From Pseudogracilibacillus sp. (GTDB lineage: Bacteria; Bacillota; Bacilli; Bacillales; Amphibacillaceae): a stretch of DNA of 64,000 bases. Shown here one piece after another: positions 58,570 through 64,000 of this stretch. Numbering within the stretch: position 1 is the stretch's first letter; every line of letters starts with the position of its first letter. The translations under genes were made by a program, and so were the position numbers. Under the pieces are notes generated by a model, which was not told where the DNA came from, did no database searches, and saw only the letters and a program-made list of their open reading frames with translations. Where the stretch lies: NCBI GenBank assembly GCA_035301645.1, contig DATGTX010000026.1, positions 805 through 64,804 on the forward strand, written 5' to 3'.

Positions 58570-61410
58570 TTAATTTCCTCCCTTTTTAGGATTAATTGCG
58601 TCTTCGATAATTTTGCTTTGAATTAAGTTATGAATATTAGAATTTCCAACTGAAGTCGATGCTCTACTTGGTTGACCGATATAACGAATTGGAATTCCTT
58701 TAGCTACAATGTCCCGTAACTCTTCTAATACGAACAACCAACCACCCATGTTTTGTGGCTCTTCTTGAACCCAAACTACTTCTTCTAAATTAGGTAATTG
58801 TTTTAATTCTTCTATTAGTTGTTCTTTCGGGAATGGGTATAACTGTTCTACTCTTAAAGCTCTTAACCAATCAAATTTCTCTTCTGAATCTACGATAGCT
58901 GTTTCAATATCAACCATAACTTTACCTGTACCTAATAAAAGACGTTTTGCATTTTTCTTACTTACATTTAAATTAGGTTGATTACGTAAAGTTAAGAACT
59001 TACCTTCTGCAAACTCTTTTGGTTCAGATGCTACACGCTGATCACGTAATAAACTCTTCGGTGACATTACAACAAGCGGTCTTGCTTCTTCTTTATCTTG
59101 CATTTTTGCTTGTCTGCGTAATAAGTGGAAGAATTGTGCTGCTGATGTCACATTAGCAACAATTAAGTTGTTCTCGCCTGCCATTTGTAAGAAGCGTTCA
59201 AGTCTAGCACTTGAATGTTCTGGTCCTTGGCCTTCATAACCGTGAGGTAAAAGCAAGACCATGTTTGATTTTTCGCCCCATTTAGCACGAGCAGATGAAA
59301 TAAACTGATCTAACATTACTTGTCCAACGTTTACGAAATCACCAAATTGTGCTTCCCAAATAACTAAGGTCTCAGGCGATTGAATACTATAACCATATTC
59401 GAATCCTAAAACAGCTGTTTCCGAAAGTGGACTATTGTGAATATCAAATGATGCTTTGGCATCTTCTAGTCCATGCATTAAACAATATTTGTCATTTGTT
59501 TCTGTATCATATAAAACTAGGTTTCTATGCGCGAAAGTACCTCGTTCTGAGTCTTGTCCAGTTAAACGAATTGGAATACCATCGCTGATAATTGATGCAT
59601 AAGCTAATGCTTCTCCAGCACCCCAATCAGCTTTGTTACCTTCATCAAACATAGTTTTACGTCGATTAAAGACACGATCTAAACGTTTGAATCGATTAAA
59701 GTTCTCAGGTACTTCAAGCATTTCTTTATTTAATTTTTGTAATTTTTCAACAGGTACTGCTGTTTCATATTCATCAATACTTTTTACAAGTATATTTGGC
59801 ATTTTAACTTCAGACATACCTTTTAGGCTGTCTTCAGTCATACTATTATATACGTCTTGTAATTTCTCTTGCATTTCATCTTGAATTTTCTGATAATCTT
59901 CTTCTTTGATAAGCCCGTCGTTTGTAAGTTTATCAGCATATATCTCAGTGACAGTTGGATGTTTGTCAATTTCTTTATATAACATAGGTTGTGTTGATCT
60001 CGGCTCATCCATTTCGTTATGGCCATATCGTCTATAACCTACTAGATCAATTAAGCAATCTTTTTCAAATTTCTTTGTGTATTCAAATGCTAATTTAGCT
60101 GCTGACACACAAGCAACTGGATGGTCAGCATTTACGCGGATAATTGGAATTTCATAACCTTTAGCCAGATCACTCGCATAACGAGTTGAACGCCCTTCTT
60201 TACGGTCAGTCGTGAAACCAATTAAGTTATTTGCAATGATGTGTAATGAACCTCCTGTACGGTAACCTTTGAGTCCACCTAAGTTTAGAGATTCCGGTAC
60301 AATACCTTCTCCAATAAATGAAGCATCACCATGGATTAATATACTCATTGCTTTTTTAAGGTCTGAAGTTGGATAACCATTTTTAGTACGGTCATCTTGC
60401 TCAGCCCTTGCTCTTCCTGTAACGACTGGGTTAACAAATTCTAAATGTGATGGGTTATGAGCTAACGATAAACGTGTTGAAAGGTTATCATGTTTATATT
60501 CTTTAACCGCTCCAAAATGATATTTAACGTCACCTGTCCAACCATAATAAATACCTTGTGATCCGTGTGAAGGTATTAATGTTTTATCCGATCCATAGTG
60601 GAATTCAGAAAATATCATGTCCAATGGCTTTCCTAATATATGAGCTAACACACTCAATCTTCCACGGTGAGCCATTCCCATCATAACATGTTCGACTTGT
60701 TGACCGTTTGCTAACTCTACGACTTTATCTAAAAGAGGAATCATTGATTCTAATCCTTCAATAGAAAATCTTTTTTGACCAACAAATGTTTTTTGTAAAA
60801 AGTGTTCAAATCCTTCTACTTCAACAAGTCTGTTTAATAAATCAGTTTGTTTAGTTTCTGATAGATCAGCTTTGTAATCACCAGATTCAATTTGTTCTGA
60901 GAGCCAAGTACGTTCTTCATCACTATTCACATGATCATATTCAAAGGATATTTTTCCTGTATAGCGTTTTCTTAGTATTTTTATTACATCAGCACCAGTT
61001 TCTGCATCTGCAGGCGCTTTATCCCATAACCATTTTGCAGGTATTTGAGAAAGATCTTCATCAGTAATATTATACGTATTTGGATTTAATAAGTTAGTTT
61101 TCTCATCCCAACCTCCAACAGCGTATATATCTGCTTCTAGATGCCCGTAACGCCTAATAGCCTCAGCATATTTAATGGCTGAGGTAAGTGTTTGAGCTTG
61201 TTCTAGCGAAAGTCCGCCATTTTCAATTGCTGTTTCACCTGTCGATTGTTCTAATTTTCTTGGTGCACCATGTTTATTAAAAAGATCTACCAATGAAGCG
61301 TCTACTTCTTCTGGATTTTCTTTAAATATTTCATATTGTTCCTCAACATAGCCCATATTTGGACCAAAGAAACTATTCCAAAATTTACTACTTTCTGTTG
61401 AATGTTTCAC
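58570..61410 (-). CDS. odhA: 2-oxoglutarate dehydrogenase E1
   Basis: [40 protein letters not shown]. Confidence 0.98.
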   Translation of the reverse strand: MKHSTESSKFWNSFFGPNMGYVEEQYEIFKENPEEVDASLVDLFNKHGAPRKLEQSTGETAIENGGLSLEQAQTLTSAIKYAEAIRRYGHLEADIYAVGGWDEKTNLLNPNTYNITDEDLSQIPAKWLWDKAPADAETGADVIKILRKRYTGKISFEYDHVNSDEERTWLSEQIESGDYKADLSETKQTDLLNRLVEVEGFEHFLQKTFVGQKRFSIEGLESMIPLLDKVVELANGQQVEHVMMGMAHRGRLSVLAHILGKPLDMIFSEFHYGSDKTLIPSHGSQGIYYGWTGDVKYHFGAVKEYKHDNLSTRLSLAHNPSHLEFVNPVVTGRARAEQDDRTKNGYPTSDLKKAMSILIHGDASFIGEGIVPESLNLGGLKGYRTGGSLHIIANNLIGFTTDRKEGRSTRYASDLAKGYEIPIIRVNADHPVACVSAAKLAFEYTKKFEKDCLIDLVGYRRYGHNEMDEPRSTQPMLYKEIDKHPTVTEIYADKLTNDGLIKEEDYQKIQDEMQEKLQDVYNSMTEDSLKGMSEVKMPNILVKSIDEYETAVPVEKLQKLNKEMLEVPENFNRFKRLDRVFNRRKTMFDEGNKADWGAGEALAYASIISDGIPIRLTGQDSERGTFAHRNLVLYDTETNDKYCLMHGLEDAKASFDIHNSPLSETAVLGFEYGYSIQSPETLVIWEAQFGDFVNVGQVMLDQFISSARAKWGEKSNMVLLLPHGYEGQGPEHSSARLERFLQMAGENNLIVANVTSAAQFFHLLRRQAKMQDKEEARPLVVMSPKSLLRDQRVASEPKEFAEGKFLTLRNQPNLNVSKKNAKRLLLGTGKVMVDIETAIVDSEEKFDWLRALRVEQLYPFPKEQLIEELKQLPNLEEVVWVQEEPQNMGGWLFVLEELRDIVAKGIPIRYIGQPSRASTSVGNSNIHNLIQSKIIEDAINPKKGGN

Positions 61411-61466
61411 CGTCTTAATACCCCCATTTAGATATTGACCTTATACAATTCTTACACTTACAATCC

Positions 61467-61495
61467 ATTATAGGACTGTCTGCTTAGATGAGCAA
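61467..61495 (-). promoter_or_regulatory. Putative sigma-A promoter of odhAB
   Basis: TTGCTC-17 bp-TATAAT. Confidence 0.7.
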
Positions 61496-61648
61496 CTAAT
61501 AAGTACTATATCTCTAAAAGACGCGTTTTAAACAATCAAATATCATTTTTAATATTTTTTATTTAATTTTCGTTATTATTGGTGAATTATGAAATCTTAT
61601 TGTATTATATAATTAAGCTTATCTTTAATTATGAGGAGGAGACTTTTT

Positions 61649-61750
61649 ATGAATATTACATTAATTATAGCTGTGAGCGTTGTTTTCATTATCTCATGTT
61701 TAACATCTGCTTATGAAGCAAAGCCTGGAGTACCAAAACATAATCAATAA
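61649..61750 (+). CDS. Small single-TM or secreted peptide, 33 aa (MNITLIIAVSVVFIISCLTSAYEAKPGVPKHNQ)
   Basis: Not in ORF track; GAGGAGGAG SD, own downstream terminator, hydrophobic N-terminal 20 aa. Confidence 0.78.
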   Translation: MNITLIIAVSVVFIISCLTSAYEAKPGVPKHNQ

Positions 61751-61759
61751 CACAAAGAT

Positions 61760-61803
61760 GCCATATGATTGAAGGATTTAACCCTTCAATCATATGGCTT
61801 TTT
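61760..61803. terminator. Intrinsic terminator
   Basis: GCCATATGATTGAAGG / CCTTCAATCATATGGC-TTTTT. Confidence 0.9.
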
Positions 61804-61819
61804 ATATTAGCTGATTAAA

Positions 61820-62953
61820 TCACTCATTTTTAAATGATAAACCTGTCAGCATCTCAGCACGCGCATCTTCGTCTTGCTCTTTTTCGAGCGCTTTTTCAAT
61901 TGCGACATAGGACTTTTCTGTACCTATTTTCCCCAATGCCCAAGCTGCAGTACCTCTAATTGCGGGCCTTACATCTCTTTCTAAAACCTCAATCAAATCA
62001 GTAATAGCAGTCTTGTCTTTAAAATGAGCGAGGCCAATAATGGCATTTCTTTGGAGTGGATTTTTTCCACGCCAAAACCCTGCTACATGACCAAACTGGC
62101 TTCTAAACTCCCGATTTGAAGCATTTAGCATAGGCTTTAATTTAGGTTTTGCCACTTCAGGTTCTGGCTCAAATTCTGGATGATTATGAAAATCAACCCC
62201 TTTATTATATGGACAAACCGCTTGACATGTATCACACCCATAAACTCGTGTACCTAACACATTTTTAAATTCATCTTTTAAAAAGTGTTTTGTTTGTGTT
62301 TGAAAAGCTAAACATTGCTGTGCATTTAACTTACCGCCTTCCACAATTGCTCCAGTTGGACAGACATCGATGCACTTCCGACAACTTCCACAGTCAAGCG
62401 CAAGCGGCTCGTCTGGTTTAAACGGGATACTTATGAGTATTTCTCCTAAATATACAAATGAACCAAATTCTTCAGTTATAAGTAAAGTATTCTTCCCAGT
62501 AAAGCCAACTCCAGCACGCTCTGCGACAGCGCCATCAACAAGCTCACCTGTATCTACCATTATTTCATATCTCACATCTGGTTCTTTTGCTTTTATAAAA
62601 GTCATTAGCGCTTCTAATTTTCTTTTTAACACATGATGGTAATCTTCACCCCATGAAGCACGACAAAAAATCCCTCTCCGATCTTCTTTTGTACTCTTAG
62701 GGGGGTCTTCTATACGCGAGGGATAAGCGAGAGCAATTGATATAATTGACTTTGCCTCTTTTAACAACTTTTTAGGTTCAGTGCGTTCTGTATGTGTTCC
62801 TTTTTCGAAGCCTGAAGCATAGTTAAGCTTTTCTTGATTCCTTAAATGTTCTTTAAGTTCTACAAAAGGGTCAGCAGACGTAAAACCAATTTTATCAATA
62901 CCTAAACGCTTACTCTCTTCAATAACTTCTTGCTTTAAAATTTTAGTGTTCAT
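61820..62953 (-). CDS. queG: Epoxyqueuosine reductase
   Basis: SWGEDYH, VDTG, CGSCRKCIDVCPT, GCDTCQAVCP.N, C-terminal HEAT repeat. Confidence 0.97.
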   Translation of the reverse strand: MNTKILKQEVIEESKRLGIDKIGFTSADPFVELKEHLRNQEKLNYASGFEKGTHTERTEPKKLLKEAKSIISIALAYPSRIEDPPKSTKEDRRGIFCRASWGEDYHHVLKRKLEALMTFIKAKEPDVRYEIMVDTGELVDGAVAERAGVGFTGKNTLLITEEFGSFVYLGEILISIPFKPDEPLALDCGSCRKCIDVCPTGAIVEGGKLNAQQCLAFQTQTKHFLKDEFKNVLGTRVYGCDTCQAVCPYNKGVDFHNHPEFEPEPEVAKPKLKPMLNASNREFRSQFGHVAGFWRGKNPLQRNAIIGLAHFKDKTAITDLIEVLERDVRPAIRGTAAWALGKIGTEKSYVAIEKALEKEQDEDARAEMLTGLSFKNE

Positions 62954-63058
62954 ATCTGTCCTCCTCGCTTAATTTATTAATTTTTTTAAACATATTCATC
63001 ATTTACTTTTTTATACTTTAATTGTAAACTTAAGACTGATATTAAGGAGGTTTAACTC

Positions 63059-63913
63059 ATGTCAGTCCATACGATTATTATGACACAAGGGAACTTTTTG
63101 CATCGTGATAGTTTAAATTTTCCTTTTGAAGAACGTGGCTTACAATTTGGTGATGGCGTCTACGAAGTGATTCGAATTTATCAAGGAGAGTATTATTTGC
63201 TTACAGACCATGTTAACAGATTATATCACTCCTTAGCAGCTATTGATTTATCAATTAACCAATCAAAAAAAGAATTAATCGCTCTACTTAATGACTTACT
63301 TATAAAAAATAAAATTACAAATGATGCTCATGTTTATCTTCAAGTAACAAGAGGATCAGTTGCTCGAAATCCTGTTTACCCTGAAGTAAATCTACCTAAT
63401 ATCTTTGCTTACGTGAAAAACACTCCCCGACCAATTAATCAATTAAATAACGGGGTCACGGCTATTACTTATCCAGATGAACGCTGGAATAATTGTTATA
63501 TTAAAAGTTTGAATTTACTACCAAACATTCTAGCAAAACAAAAAGCTAAAGAACATGATGCATATGAAGCCATTCTTCATAAAGATGGGGATGTTACAGA
63601 TTGCAGTTTTTCTAATATTTTTCTCATTAAAGATAACATGGTTTTCACTCATCCTGCTAATGAATCGATTTTACATGGATGTATAAGAAATAAGGTGAAA
63701 AACTTCTCTAAAAACTTAGAAATTCCTTTTCATGAAACAGTCTTCACACTGACAGATATTAAAAGTGCTGATGAACTGTTTTTAACAAGTAGTATAAATG
63801 AAATTCTTCCTATAATCGAAGTTGATAATAATTTAATAAGCTCTGGTAAACCTGGAGAGTTAACAAAAAAATTACAGATTGCATATCAAATTGATGCCAA
63901 AATTTATAAATAA
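63059..63913 (+). CDS. dat: D-amino acid aminotransferase (class IV PLP), divergent
   Basis: ERGLQFGDGVYEV, YLQVTRG, IKSLNL catalytic Lys, ADELFLTS. Confidence 0.85.
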   Translation: MSVHTIIMTQGNFLHRDSLNFPFEERGLQFGDGVYEVIRIYQGEYYLLTDHVNRLYHSLAAIDLSINQSKKELIALLNDLLIKNKITNDAHVYLQVTRGSVARNPVYPEVNLPNIFAYVKNTPRPINQLNNGVTAITYPDERWNNCYIKSLNLLPNILAKQKAKEHDAYEAILHKDGDVTDCSFSNIFLIKDNMVFTHPANESILHGCIRNKVKNFSKNLEIPFHETVFTLTDIKSADELFLTSSINEILPIIEVDNNLISSGKPGELTKKLQIAYQIDAKIYK

Positions 63914-63926
63914 GAGAGATGAAGCT

Positions 63927-64000
63927 ATGTTTAAAAATAAAAAGGCAATCATATTTTTTGCAGTATTCATTGTTTTATTTAGATTCTTTTATAAACAAAA
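63927..64000 (+). CDS. Start of a membrane-anchored or secreted protein (partial)
   Basis: MFKNKKAIIFFAVFIVLFRFFYKQ runs off the window; basic N-terminus plus hydrophobic stretch. Confidence 0.5.
   Translation, partial: MFKNKKAIIFFAVFIVLFRFFYKQ

Noticed and set aside
1-64000. CRISPR array, prophage, integrase, transposase, tRNA or rRNA
   Set aside because: No regularly spaced repeats, hallmark ORFs or structural RNA signatures seen; intergenic gaps are too short

Overview
AT-rich chromosomal segment of a Bacillaceae genome (Virgibacillus/Oceanobacillus/Pseudogracilibacillus-like, judged from gene order and acidic lipoproteins). It is almost entirely core genome, syntenic with the B. subtilis yjc/yjb - addAB - comK - yhf/yhg - ecs/hit/prsA - yha/yhe region and continuing to fumC, map, fadH, murG, an OpuA-type transporter, odhAB, queG and dat. 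Most genes lie on the minus strand. I see no prophage, transposase, CRISPR array, rRNA/tRNA or large accessory island, and no clearly new multi-gene system. The strongest unexplained structure is a MITE-like family with two clear copies (5914-6010 and 33639-33780), each with ~25-bp imperfect terminal inverted repeats and an exact 8-bp target-site duplication, plus a possible third relic. One copy sits in the yjbIH 5' leader. Also noted: three small ORFs missed by the ORF track (yhfH and two 33-aa membrane peptides), a PadR/DUF2812/YhaQP unit with a double palindromic operator, a lysine riboswitch, several proteins with altered active-site motifs (HmoB, Zn-PLC-like, AddB Walker A, Dat, beta-CA), and repeated absence of genes usually found here (yjbM, hemEHY, sporulation genes). 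Protein calls come from motif recognition and recalled synteny, not database searches. Where a better start codon is evident I give it instead of the ORF-track start.
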